DNA of 20,000 bases from an uncultured virus (IMG/VR IMGVR_UViG_3300050138_000133) (Duplodnaviria > Heunggongvirae > Uroviricota > Caudoviricetes). The notes beneath the pieces were generated by a model. It was not told where the DNA came from. It was given only the letters and a program-made list of their open reading frames with translations, and did not search any database. The position numbers were made by a program, and so were the translations under genes. Each line of letters begins with the position of its first letter. Positions within the stretch are counted from its first letter, which is position 1. Of the stretch, positions 1 to 8,861 are shown one piece after another. The stretch lies in the IMG/VR virus record IMGVR_UViG_3300050138_000133; one strand, given 5' to 3'.

Positions 1-738
1 AAAGTTGGCCGTGGCCGGCGCGGTGGCGTTTGTAGTGCCATTCGCAACCGAAGCTGTCCCGGTGCCCGCCGCCCATTGGATAGAAAATTTCTGTCCATTC
101 CTTGAAAAGCCGGGAGGAACGTTCGCGCCGGAAGTGAAATCGAGACCATACGTGTACTGCTGGTAGGAAGCGCTGGTTACGTGAGGAATGTTTGCTTGCA
201 GATCACCATTCGCATCAATAAACTGGAGCACATTGCTGTTAGCGCCGTGCAGCGACGAGCCTTTATCTGGTGGATTTCCTCCATTCAACAATACGATCAG
301 ATCGGCAACGTTGGGGGTTCCGATCCCTGCGGTTCCAATCCAAGAAAAGGTATTCGCTCCATCAACAACAACGTCAGCGTTTCCGCTGTGGGTCCATCCC
401 GATAGCGACGTTCCGCCGTTCTTGACGTTGTTGACCGTGATCGTCCAGCCTCCAACACCCGTTACGCCAAAGGGCTGGTTTGCATAATTGGGATTGTAAA
501 GACCATGGGCGGCTGAGGTCGTGGCTTGCAGCCATCCCGAAACTGTTGGATGGGCAGCAATCGAGGTGATGAACCCTGCGTAAGTCAATGTCCATGTCGG
601 AGCGCCGCCACTTTTAACCCAATTGTTGAACGGCTGTAGATTAGTATAATAGCCAATTCCGTTTAGACCAATTTGATTGTTCCCAAAGATGGCTGAGAAG
701 GCGGCGGTGGTCACAAAACTAAGTAATCCAACAGTCAT
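1..738 (-). CDS. Partial ORF (runs off the left edge), probable virion-associated carbohydrate-binding or glycoside-hydrolase-like protein
   Basis: Not in the ORF track. ATG at 738 abuts the upstream TAA (739-741) and the frame is open for 246 codons: MTVGLLSFVTTAAFSAIFGNNQIGLNGIGYYTNLQPFNNWVKSGG... G/T/N/S-rich composition like its neighbours. Confidence 0.8.
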   Translation of the reverse strand, partial: MTVGLLSFVTTAAFSAIFGNNQIGLNGIGYYTNLQPFNNWVKSGGAPTWTLTYAGFITSIAAHPTVSGWLQATTSAAHGLYNPNYANQPFGVTGVGGWTITVNNVKNGGTSLSGWTHSGNADVVVDGANTFSWIGTAGIGTPNVADLIVLLNGGNPPDKGSSLHGANSNVLQFIDANGDLQANIPHVTSASYQQYTYGLDFTSGANVPPGFSRNGQKFSIQWAAGTGTASVANGTTNATAPATANF

Positions 739-1521
739 TTACCAGCGCGCCACAAGGTAGGCGTCAAGCAGCGCAATATTAGTCGGCGTCATTGCATCCT
801 TTGTGAAAATAATTTCAGAAATGGCACCACCCCAGGAAACGTTCCCGAGAACGCCGCCGCTGCCAACACTAGTTCCTACCCCGATATAACCCGCCGATAT
901 TGCGGAATCGGTCACAGCCGCACTAGTTCCAGCCACGCCATTGATATAACTGTTAACGGTAGAGCCATTAGCCACACCGCCGAATCTGGCTTCTGTTGCA
1001 AGTGAAACCGATGAAGGCGTTGCGTTGTTGGTGGTCGCTCCCTTTTCAGCGTAAGTAGCGCTGGTGGCATTATTTCGTATTACGGGGATAAACGAGCCAG
1101 TAGAAACATCGGCCGAGGAAGGGCCCACATAAGCTAATGCTCGGCCGAAGGCGTTGGTATTGGTTGTCATCGTACCGATGAAAAAAGCCGATCCCGAAGT
1201 CCCGGTGCCCCACGCCACCCCCGCCGCAGTAATCATTCCATTGTGACTCGCCGCATTGAATACAAGCGTAGGCTTGCTATTAAGTCCGCCTGACTGGAAC
1301 GTTGGACAATTGCTTGAACTTGGCGTTCGAATTAGATTATAGCCGTTGCCGCTCTGATCGTTCCATTGCACGGCGCGCGTTGCAGTCGGGCAAGATGTAA
1401 AGCCAAGATCACTATAAACCCCGACATCAGCCTTGTACCAGGCTAGGAGATTTGGCAGAGACGTAGGCGTCCATGTCGAAATCGAACCCGTATCACCTGC
1501 TCCCATTAAAAGGAACGACAT
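739..1521 (-). CDS. LamG/concanavalin-A-like lectin domain protein (putative fibre or decoration protein)
   Basis: 260 aa. Motifs WTPTSLPNLLAWYKAD, VQWNDQSGNGYN, GAISEIIF and LDAYLVARW are typical of phage LamG-like domains. TAATG overlap with the upstream gene. Confidence 0.8.
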   Translation of the reverse strand: MSFLLMGAGDTGSISTWTPTSLPNLLAWYKADVGVYSDLGFTSCPTATRAVQWNDQSGNGYNLIRTPSSSNCPTFQSGGLNSKPTLVFNAASHNGMITAAGVAWGTGTSGSAFFIGTMTTNTNAFGRALAYVGPSSADVSTGSFIPVIRNNATSATYAEKGATTNNATPSSVSLATEARFGGVANGSTVNSYINGVAGTSAAVTDSAISAGYIGVGTSVGSGGVLGNVSWGGAISEIIFTKDAMTPTNIALLDAYLVARW

Positions 1522-2567
1522 TATGCGAACTGCACGTTGAGTGTAGTTCCGACCGCAACAGCAGTGGCATCGGCATCCGCCGCCAGATTGGTGAAGGTAT
1601 AAGAAATGGCCGTTCCGAACACGATGCCAACGGGGAACGCAATCGCAATACCTGAACCAGTCGTCGCCGTGGTTGGAACCGGAATGGTCACAAGCGGAAC
1701 GGTTGTTCCGACTGAAACGCTACCGGATGCAGTGTTGTATATCTTGAGGTAGATCGGAGCCGCACCGGTATTGACCGCCTGCACGCCGTAGAGCGTTCCG
1801 GCAGATGCCTTGATAGCAACGGCTGCGGGACCACTGGTTACACTGAAGAAGTGCAAATTAGTTGCGCCACCCGTAGCAGCGGCGCCGGGTGATACCGGCT
1901 GAGTGGCCTGCCAGAACGTACCGGAAACTGGCTGCGTGGCTAGCCAGAACGTGCCGGAAACCGGCAATAGTGTTCCTGACCCGTCGATCTTCAAACCCCC
2001 GCCGGTCCCGAGCGCGGGCGGCAGAAGCGTAATCAAGGAACTGATGCGCTGTGCAATACGCTGCAAGCGACCGTTTAGACCGCTGGAGGCTGTATCCGAT
2101 CCTGGGGCGGTTTCAGTGATGATACCGACACGGGCGACATCTTCAAACGATGCCGTGACCGGGGCAGAACCTGCAGCCGCCTTCGAATCGTTCGTGTTCG
2201 CATTCGTAATGACAACATTAATGCCCGCCGCGAGCAGCTTCACCAAACCGCGAAGATATTGCTGCAACGTGCCGGTTGCGTCCGTGATGACGGCCGTTCC
2301 GGTCGTTACGCCAAAAGTGGCGTTAGCTCCATCGATAAGAGTCGCAGTAATCCGCTGTGCGATACGCTGCAGTCGACCATTTAATCCCGACGATGCCGTG
2401 TCAGTAGCTGGTGCGGTTTCAGTCAGGCCACCAATGCTATCTCCGCCCGAAAGGTCGCCTGGGGACACCATTATGACTTGGCGCTGTTCGTGAATCCCCG
2501 ACGCGGCGAACGTGTCGCGCGTTTCAACAATCGCGCCTGTGCCGGGAAGCGTTACATCGTTAGCCAT
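1521..2567 (-). CDS. Virion fibre-like structural protein with internal repeats and a C-terminal beta-sandwich
   Basis: 348 aa, A/T/G-rich. Duplicated TETAPxxDTASSGLNGRLQRIAQRI motif, QPVSGTFWxAT repeats, C-terminal IKASAGTLYG...IYLKIYN...GIVFGTAI domain. Confidence 0.75.
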   Translation of the reverse strand: MANDVTLPGTGAIVETRDTFAASGIHEQRQVIMVSPGDLSGGDSIGGLTETAPATDTASSGLNGRLQRIAQRITATLIDGANATFGVTTGTAVITDATGTLQQYLRGLVKLLAAGINVVITNANTNDSKAAAGSAPVTASFEDVARVGIITETAPGSDTASSGLNGRLQRIAQRISSLITLLPPALGTGGGLKIDGSGTLLPVSGTFWLATQPVSGTFWQATQPVSPGAAATGGATNLHFFSVTSGPAAVAIKASAGTLYGVQAVNTGAAPIYLKIYNTASGSVSVGTTVPLVTIPVPTTATTGSGIAIAFPVGIVFGTAISYTFTNLAADADATAVAVGTTLNVQFA

Positions 2568-2592
2568 TTTGTGCCCTTCTCCGTTTTATACG

Positions 2593-3072
2593 TTACGAGA
2601 TGCGGATGAGCGCCAGCGTCGATGAATTGGTCGGCAAAATAACGGTGAACGTGCCGGCGGCAACGGATTGAGTGCCGCCAAAATCGAAGGTGCCAACGGT
2701 GCGACCAGCGACTCCGGTGCCGGCGTCGGCCGTCGAGATCACCGCTGAGGTCGCGGAGAATGTCGCCGTCGTCCAATTCGGATTGACGGAGAATGACGTT
2801 ATGGCGACGCCGGATGATAGCGCGGGCGCGACATTGGTTAGCGCAAAGCCAAGCGTGGTATAACCGGCGCCAGAGACTTCGTCGGTGCCGACGTTACTGA
2901 CGGTCGGCGCGCTGCTGCCCGGAGTGCCGATATTGGCCAGCGTATTATCGTAGGTGCCGCCCGGCGTAACTTTGATGAGCAACATTTTGTAGGCAAGACC
3001 GCCGGTTTTAAAGTTGTGGCCACCTTCGAGGCAGGCGCGCTTGAAGTCTTGGCTGAGTGCGGTGGTGGCCAT
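2593..3072 (-). CDS. Conserved phage virion structural protein
   Basis: 159 aa. FKxxxLxGxHNF...EVSGAGYT...WTTATFSA...DFGG...GTFTV pattern seen in phage structural proteins. GGAG RBS. Confidence 0.75.
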   Translation of the reverse strand: MATTALSQDFKRACLEGGHNFKTGGLAYKMLLIKVTPGGTYDNTLANIGTPGSSAPTVSNVGTDEVSGAGYTTLGFALTNVAPALSSGVAITSFSVNPNWTTATFSATSAVISTADAGTGVAGRTVGTFDFGGTQSVAAGTFTVILPTNSSTLALIRIS

Positions 3073-3163
3073 GTTTCAGTCTCCCAAAATAAAAACTACG
3101 GCGCGCGCCGCGGCCGATATGATGACGATGATTGCGAGTGAGGGTTAGGAGACCAGACGAATG

Positions 3164-3592
3164 TCAGGCCGAGAGACGGGCTGCTGCCTTATGCACGTCA
3201 CGATGGACGTTCATCTGCGAGCGCGTTTCGTGTTCAAGTTCCTGCATGATCGCGGCCTGCACGTCGGCGCGCTCGAAATGCGCAGCCAAGCCGTGGCCCT
3301 CATTATACGAGGCCGCGACGATCTCTTTCAGAATCGCAGCATCGACAACCGCTGTCAGCGGGTGATCGTACCTAGCCGCGCCATGCTCCGCGAGTGCGGA
3401 CTGCTCAGAATTTTCAACATCTGTGTGATGCTTGACGAGAATAGCTTCGACCGCCTTACGGAAGGCGCGCGAGGCGTTGACAAGATCAATCGGGGCATTC
3501 TCGCCAACTACAACGATTTTTTCGGCGGTAACTTCCGCGTGGAAGTCGGCGGGATGGAAATTGTTACCGTTCGTAATCATGACGCGGGTCAT
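3164..3592 (-). CDS. Hypothetical phage protein (alpha-helical)
   Basis: 142 aa, AGGAG RBS upstream, co-oriented with the operon. Confidence 0.75.
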   Translation of the reverse strand: MTRVMITNGNNFHPADFHAEVTAEKIVVVGENAPIDLVNASRAFRKAVEAILVKHHTDVENSEQSALAEHGAARYDHPLTAVVDAAILKEIVAASYNEGHGLAAHFERADVQAAIMQELEHETRSQMNVHRDVHKAAARLSA

Positions 3593-3643
3593 CGATATCT
3601 CCTGTCTACATAATTCTAATTTGAAGAAGGTGCGCCGCTAGGG

Positions 3644-5197
3644 TTAGGGGTAAGACCCGTATCCTGTGGTCGGATTATGGTTGTAGTATTTGATCGATGA
3701 CAGAACCTGCTCGCCTGTGAGGTCAATCAACGTCGATCCACCCCGGATCAGTTTTATTTCCTGCGATCCCGCGTTGAACGCCACACGAGTATGGGTCATT
3801 CCAGATGGGACGGCGGTATCAGTAGTAGTTCCGCCGCTGATGACCCGCAGAATAGCCGGCGCGGTCAACCGTGTAGTTACATAGATATTGTCGACCAGAT
3901 CGAAGAACGCTGTTGTTACGCTAAGATTAGAGAATGCCCGACTTGTGATTGTCGATGTTTCAAAGGTCGAATAGGTGCCCGTTCCGCCGCTGCCGTTTCC
4001 ATCAAACGCGCTCACCGTGACGTTGCCGCCGGTGCTTGTTAGAACTTGGCCCAAGTAGATCGGGCCGCCTGATGCGGCTGTCACGGTCAACGTCTTTGAC
4101 GAGTGCGACGCGGTTAACGCAGTGGCTGTTGGAGTAGCCGCTGCGGGCTGCGTCCGGTAGCAGTAGAAAACTTCATCCGAAATGATTGCCGGCTGCCCGA
4201 GGGTCTTGAACTGCGAGATAAAGCTCTTGTGGAACTTCGCAAACCCAATGTGCGGCGACTGCGCGGGCCACGCATAAGTCCCGGCTCCATTTAATGCCAT
4301 CAACGAAGGATCGGCCGGCGTGATATAGGACTCTCCTATGTCGTTCCATGTGCATAGAAGCACCCAGGGCGGCTTCTGCGTGTTGATGATCGAGGCCCAC
4401 TGCGCCGCAATACCTTCGTAGCCGAAACGTTCAACAGCAAGTATGGATGTTTTGGAGAAACTGGTTTGTGCGTAATAGCTGTTGAGTCCCGCAAGATATA
4501 TCCGGCTGTTGTCGCGCATGACCTGCGCGTAGGCTTCCTCCGATGTGATGAGATCGCCGGTCGAGCCATTCGAATTGATCGCCAGCCCGTCGAAGACGAA
4601 GTAAAATAGCCCGCTGGCGACGCTGTTCCACCACGTACTGAAATCGCTGGTGATCTCCGCATAGGTCGGGTTGTCGGTGTTGATCTGCCCGCCTGTTGGG
4701 CGTCGCGTTACGAAGTTAGGATAGAACGAAACCTGAAAGCCGCCACTAAAGACCGAGGCCCAAAAAGTCTGCCCCGCAGCGCTATCCGAACCTGCTCCAT
4801 GCTCCCCACTACTGGTCGTCAGAAACGGCTTACTGGCAAACCAGTAATAATTAGTGCTACTGACCCCTGTGGACGTGGCGGGAGCCGTTCCCTTGAAGGT
4901 ATTAACCATGTTCTGCACGTCAGCAGCGACGAGTGCACCGCCCACCTCCGCTGACATGAATAATTTAAATTTAGTCCCATCCGAATTGTTCGATGCAGCC
5001 TGTGCAGCGGCGAACATCGCAGCAGCATGGGTTTGATAGTTTGAATCCCATGCGCCGGCCGCTATCGCAAAGCCGTCAATCCCTAGCGCCTGCGCGTCAA
5101 TAATGTCTTGCGCGTAGTTGGCCTGCAAGAACCCGTAGGTGCTGGTTGCAAGCATATAGTACGCGAACACCATCGGCGTTTGGTGCTGGGTAAACAT
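3644..5197 (-). CDS. Glycoside hydrolase family 71 (alpha-1,3-glucanase/mutanase-like) protein
   Basis: 517 aa. GH71-type motifs VFAYYM, DIIDAQALGIDGFA, FKLFMS, TWNDIGES, VFYCYRTQP and a C-terminal sandwich DNIYV...LIRGG...YNHN. TGATG overlap with the upstream gene. Confidence 0.85.
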   Translation of the reverse strand: MFTQHQTPMVFAYYMLATSTYGFLQANYAQDIIDAQALGIDGFAIAAGAWDSNYQTHAAAMFAAAQAASNNSDGTKFKLFMSAEVGGALVAADVQNMVNTFKGTAPATSTGVSSTNYYWFASKPFLTTSSGEHGAGSDSAAGQTFWASVFSGGFQVSFYPNFVTRRPTGGQINTDNPTYAEITSDFSTWWNSVASGLFYFVFDGLAINSNGSTGDLITSEEAYAQVMRDNSRIYLAGLNSYYAQTSFSKTSILAVERFGYEGIAAQWASIINTQKPPWVLLCTWNDIGESYITPADPSLMALNGAGTYAWPAQSPHIGFAKFHKSFISQFKTLGQPAIISDEVFYCYRTQPAAATPTATALTASHSSKTLTVTAASGGPIYLGQVLTSTGGNVTVSAFDGNGSGGTGTYSTFETSTITSRAFSNLSVTTAFFDLVDNIYVTTRLTAPAILRVISGGTTTDTAVPSGMTHTRVAFNAGSQEIKLIRGGSTLIDLTGEQVLSSIKYYNHNPTTGYGSYP

Positions 5198-7047
5198 CAG
5201 GCATCAGCCGCCATTGCGCGGATAGAGGGCTGGGTTTGTCCGGTTGACCAGTAATGCTCCCAAGTATGGTAGCGTCCGCGCTCTGTGGCAAAATTGGTGT
5301 TCGTGCTTCGGATTAGTTCGCCTTCGGGAAGCACCCACACCACAGAACCATCGCCGGGATAAGCAACGGCGCCGTTGTATTCTGTTGCGCCGTCAAGCGC
5401 ACAGACCGGAGCGAACACATAAGTCTGTACGGTCGTCAGGGAGCTGATCCAGTATTCGGTTGCCATGGTGTCCGACGCAAGAAAGTGATGGTCCGAATTA
5501 GATGTAATGTTCGCTGTGGTAGTCATGCCGTTCGGATTTTGAATAAGGGCGACTTCTCCTCCAATCGTTGCCGCAGAGAATCGCATTGCGACCGACATCA
5601 ATTTTGCAGCCGCCAGAAGATCGACGGCGGTATATCCGGCGGTCGTACCGCTGCCGCTGTCCGCCGTGATAAGCCGCTTGGTTGAAATCGTTGGGACGGT
5701 AATGACACCGGCAGCCGCAATCTGCGTATAAGCCTGCCCGGTCGGTGCGGTCCCGATAGCACCGTCTGCACGGTCGAAGTCATCGAAGAACGTCACACCC
5801 GCCTTGGAAAGCGTTGCACACGAGACGCCGGACTGCGCGGTTCGCAGGAACGTGGCCCTGGCAATCGTGGCATTGAGATACCCCGTGGTTCCGCCGCCGA
5901 ACTGCCCTTCGTTGAAACCGGTTGGCGAAGTGATGGCTGCCGTGACCGCGGTTTTGCCATTCAGCGACGCTGTGATGCCAGTCGGGGAAATCGCCAGAAC
6001 AACAGTTGATCTGGTCAGGATTGGCACCACGCCGATTGTCGTGTCAGTCAGCGTCGATCCGCCGGAAACTACCTTGCACTTGAGCAAGTAGCCTGACGTG
6101 TAAATCTCAATCCGGTTGTTGGCGGCATCGCCCGAAATCCGTTCCTCCCAAACATTGAAGTTTGGATTGAGACGCGGCGCATTGAACGAAAGCGCAACCG
6201 TTCGGTTTACGCTAGCAAAATAGGCCGAGCCGCCCGACAGCAACGCCACATCCGCCGACCGTGTCGCGGCGGGCTGGAAGGTGGAACGATAAGCAGATTT
6301 CTCAATCTGAGGCCGCTCGATGCGGTATTTTGCATTGATCGGCGTTCCGCTAACAACAACGGGATTGATCGGATAGTAGGTAAGCCGCGCCGTCGTCGCC
6401 GGAAGCGTTCTCACATACTGCTGCGGGAACACCTTGTCGCTCTGCGGGGCCGCCCCGGCCTTATAGGTGCTGTTCCCGATCAGTGCCCCGGCTGCGGTAT
6501 AGTATTCAAATAACTGATCTGAGGGGCTGTTTATCCCCGTCGATTGGAAGCAGCGAACGAAAGCTGACCCGCACCATACATCCCCAGCGACGCAAACGGC
6601 GCCGCCGGTCCCGGTCGGGTTGACGCCTACATAAAAACCAGCAGTTCCGGTCGGAGTTCCAACGAACGTAAATTCAATACCCGTTGCATCTAGTGCAGTA
6701 ATCGTTGTCGTAATCCCGCCCGGCATTCCCTTGAATGTCCAGCTAGTCGGGAATGCGCCACCGGAGCCAATTACCCCGGTCGCAGCGCCCGCTAATGTCG
6801 GGCTTGACGCACTGTTGACAGCCGACGCCTCGATCAGCAGTCCTGCCGAAGCGGCGAATATCTCGTCACAACTGATTCGGGCGGCATTGATCGCGGCGGT
6901 CGATAGCGAATAGTCCGAATTGACAACCTGCGCCGTTGTGGATCGAGTGACGGAAACCCCAGCGGAGTTACCGGCCGCAAAATTACAATCTATGGTGCCG
7001 ACTAAATTGCGCAGGACGTTTTTACGAGCAGATACCCTCGATGGCAT
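5197..7047 (-). CDS. Head-spike/fibre-like multidomain protein with LamG-like and lectin-like domains
   Basis: 616 aa. VTRSTTA...AINAARI...GLLIEASAVN and PQIEK...STFQP..TRSAD motifs of phage fibre proteins, then a LamG-like region and an FFDDFDRADG-initiated domain. Confidence 0.75.
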   Translation of the reverse strand: MPSRVSARKNVLRNLVGTIDCNFAAGNSAGVSVTRSTTAQVVNSDYSLSTAAINAARISCDEIFAASAGLLIEASAVNSASSPTLAGAATGVIGSGGAFPTSWTFKGMPGGITTTITALDATGIEFTFVGTPTGTAGFYVGVNPTGTGGAVCVAGDVWCGSAFVRCFQSTGINSPSDQLFEYYTAAGALIGNSTYKAGAAPQSDKVFPQQYVRTLPATTARLTYYPINPVVVSGTPINAKYRIERPQIEKSAYRSTFQPAATRSADVALLSGGSAYFASVNRTVALSFNAPRLNPNFNVWEERISGDAANNRIEIYTSGYLLKCKVVSGGSTLTDTTIGVVPILTRSTVVLAISPTGITASLNGKTAVTAAITSPTGFNEGQFGGGTTGYLNATIARATFLRTAQSGVSCATLSKAGVTFFDDFDRADGAIGTAPTGQAYTQIAAAGVITVPTISTKRLITADSGSGTTAGYTAVDLLAAAKLMSVAMRFSAATIGGEVALIQNPNGMTTTANITSNSDHHFLASDTMATEYWISSLTTVQTYVFAPVCALDGATEYNGAVAYPGDGSVVWVLPEGELIRSTNTNFATERGRYHTWEHYWSTGQTQPSIRAMAADA

Positions 7048-7050
7048 GAC

Positions 7051-7863
7051 TTAATCCTGCAGGGCGTCGAGCGTGACCGTGAACACCTCTCCCGTCCCCG
7101 GCGTCCATGTGCCGCCGTTGCGAGCTTCGAGTATGCCGTAAATGATCTGCGCCGTGGCGACGTAAGGGATCGATCCGCGCGAATTGTCCGGTGCCCCGGT
7201 GCCCCACGCCACGTCCGAGAATCCGACAAAAGTCGGGATGTCGATGTAGCCGAGATAGCCCTTACCCGAGGCGACAACTACGGTGGTCATTGCCGAATTA
7301 TCGCCGGCGCTTGTAAATGTCGGAATGGTATTGAACAGATGCAGGCGCAGCGAGGCTGTTACAGTATTGACCGACTTCTGGATCGACGCGCCGACGATAA
7401 CGCCGGAACTACCGGAAACACGAGCCAAGGTCGTAAACTGCAAAGCGGCGACCGAACCCGCCGTAACCGAGTTGGCGACCAAATCGCCTAGCGTGTAAGC
7501 GGTTGTATCAGCGGGTCTTGTAACTGTGGATGACGCCGCCTGCGTGATTGTGAGGCCACCCGTTGCCACCGGCGTCATCGACGCAATGCCCTGCATCGAG
7601 ACGACCTGTGTCGAAGCCGAGCCTGCCGTACCGACCGTTAGTGCGCCAGTAACGAGCGCTTGAACGCTGGCGCTGATCTGCTTCCAGATCGATATGCCGG
7701 AAACTGCAGTCGTGTCCGTTGCTGTGGACTTGGCGTCGGCTTTCGCGCCAAGCGTGGCCTGGCCGCCATCTGCCATTAAGGCGTCAATGGTGGATACATC
7801 GCCCGTGCCCGTGTTCGGAACGCCATTAACGACACCGACTTTATTTCCAGCAATGGCTGCCAT
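7051..7863 (-). CDS. Virion structural/decoration protein
   Basis: 270 aa, A/T/G/S-rich N-half. C-terminal domain TRPADTTAYTLGD...LRLHLFN...YGILEAR seen in phage structural modules. Confidence 0.7.
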   Translation of the reverse strand: MAAIAGNKVGVVNGVPNTGTGDVSTIDALMADGGQATLGAKADAKSTATDTTAVSGISIWKQISASVQALVTGALTVGTAGSASTQVVSMQGIASMTPVATGGLTITQAASSTVTRPADTTAYTLGDLVANSVTAGSVAALQFTTLARVSGSSGVIVGASIQKSVNTVTASLRLHLFNTIPTFTSAGDNSAMTTVVVASGKGYLGYIDIPTFVGFSDVAWGTGAPDNSRGSIPYVATAQIIYGILEARNGGTWTPGTGEVFTVTLDALQD

Positions 7864-7866
7864 ATT

Positions 7867-8229
7867 TTAAAATCCGTATATGTAGAATGTGGGAGTTGAA
7901 CCGCCGCCGCCGCCGCTAATTCCATTGACCGCAATGCGCGAAAGTTGGCCGTAAATATCGTTGGCGTAAGCGCCCGTCGCGCCAGCGTCGGCGATCTTTT
8001 TGATCTGCCCATAGATATCGCCGTTGTACGTTCCGGCCGCGCCGACCTGATCCGCGATACGTTTCAGTTGGCTGTATTTGTCACCGCTATAACCAGAAGC
8101 CGCGGCGCCGACCTTGTCGGCAATGCGGTAGATCTGCCCATAGATATCATGCGGGTATGTATCGGGAGCACCGGCATTATCGGCGATCTGCAATAGCATT
8201 CCATAGACGTCATTGGTGTACGTTGGCAT
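7867..8229 (-). CDS. Small tandem-repeat protein
   Basis: 120 aa. Five ~20-aa repeats YxxDIYGQLxxIADxxGA, then a poly-Gly linker and TPTFYIYGF. TGATG overlap with the connector gene. Confidence 0.8.
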   Translation of the reverse strand: MPTYTNDVYGMLLQIADNAGAPDTYPHDIYGQIYRIADKVGAAASGYSGDKYSQLKRIADQVGAAGTYNGDIYGQIKKIADAGATGAYANDIYGQLSRIAVNGISGGGGGSTPTFYIYGF

Positions 8230-8861
8230 CAGATTAGCGGCGGGCGGTAATTATCAAGGATATCGGTAATCGAAGGATCCATGTTACCCGCCTCGGTCCC
8301 CGTAGCGATCCACCAACTCTGCTCCAGAACTCCTGGAATATTCTGCTGTTTCAAATTCGGATCGCGTCCCTTGGAAGCGAAGCGACGCGTCACCATTCGA
8401 ATAATGGCGTCTTCAACGTCAACCGGTATCGTTGCGTAACCGGCCGAATAGACAATAGTCAGCGGGAGCGGATGCCAGTAGACCGATAATCCGGATGCAT
8501 CCAGGCGCGTTAATTGCCCATTCGTTTTATCGACCAGATAATCGGTATTTTCGACAAGCAGGGTGCTGTCTTCGGTAACGTTCGTGCTGCTGGCAATCAG
8601 AGGCCACCGCGCGAGCTGAAGTACCTTGACGCCGCCGCGGACCATTCGATTAGGATGATCGGCAAAGAACTGCTCGGAAAGTGTTTCGATCGCAAAGGTA
8701 CGGTTGCAATACTGCATCGCAGCCAATGACGCGCTGCTGATATAGCGAGCAAGGATAGAATCGCTGGCACCGTCCTTGACGCCAAGTTCGTCCTTAACGT
8801 CGGAGAGTTCGGTCAGGTCATAACTTGTCGCTGCAATCGTAACGGTTAGGATCGATTGCAT
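8229..8861 (-). CDS. Head-tail connector / head completion protein (HK97 gp6 / SPP1 gp15-like)
   Basis: 210 aa. LTELSDVKDELG, ILARYISSAS..AMQYCNRTF, YSAGYATIPVDVEDAI and C-terminal ILDNYR. Lies downstream of the capsid genes. Confidence 0.85.
   Translation of the reverse strand: MQSILTVTIAATSYDLTELSDVKDELGVKDGASDSILARYISSASLAAMQYCNRTFAIETLSEQFFADHPNRMVRGGVKVLQLARWPLIASSTNVTEDSTLLVENTDYLVDKTNGQLTRLDASGLSVYWHPLPLTIVYSAGYATIPVDVEDAIIRMVTRRFASKGRDPNLKQQNIPGVLEQSWWIATGTEAGNMDPSITDILDNYRPPLI

Noticed and set aside
7867..8229. CRISPR-like or DGR-type DNA repeats here and at about 1890-2435
   Set aside because: The repeats are in-frame protein repeats with synonymous divergence. There are no unique spacers, no adenine-specific variation and no cas or reverse transcriptase gene in the window.
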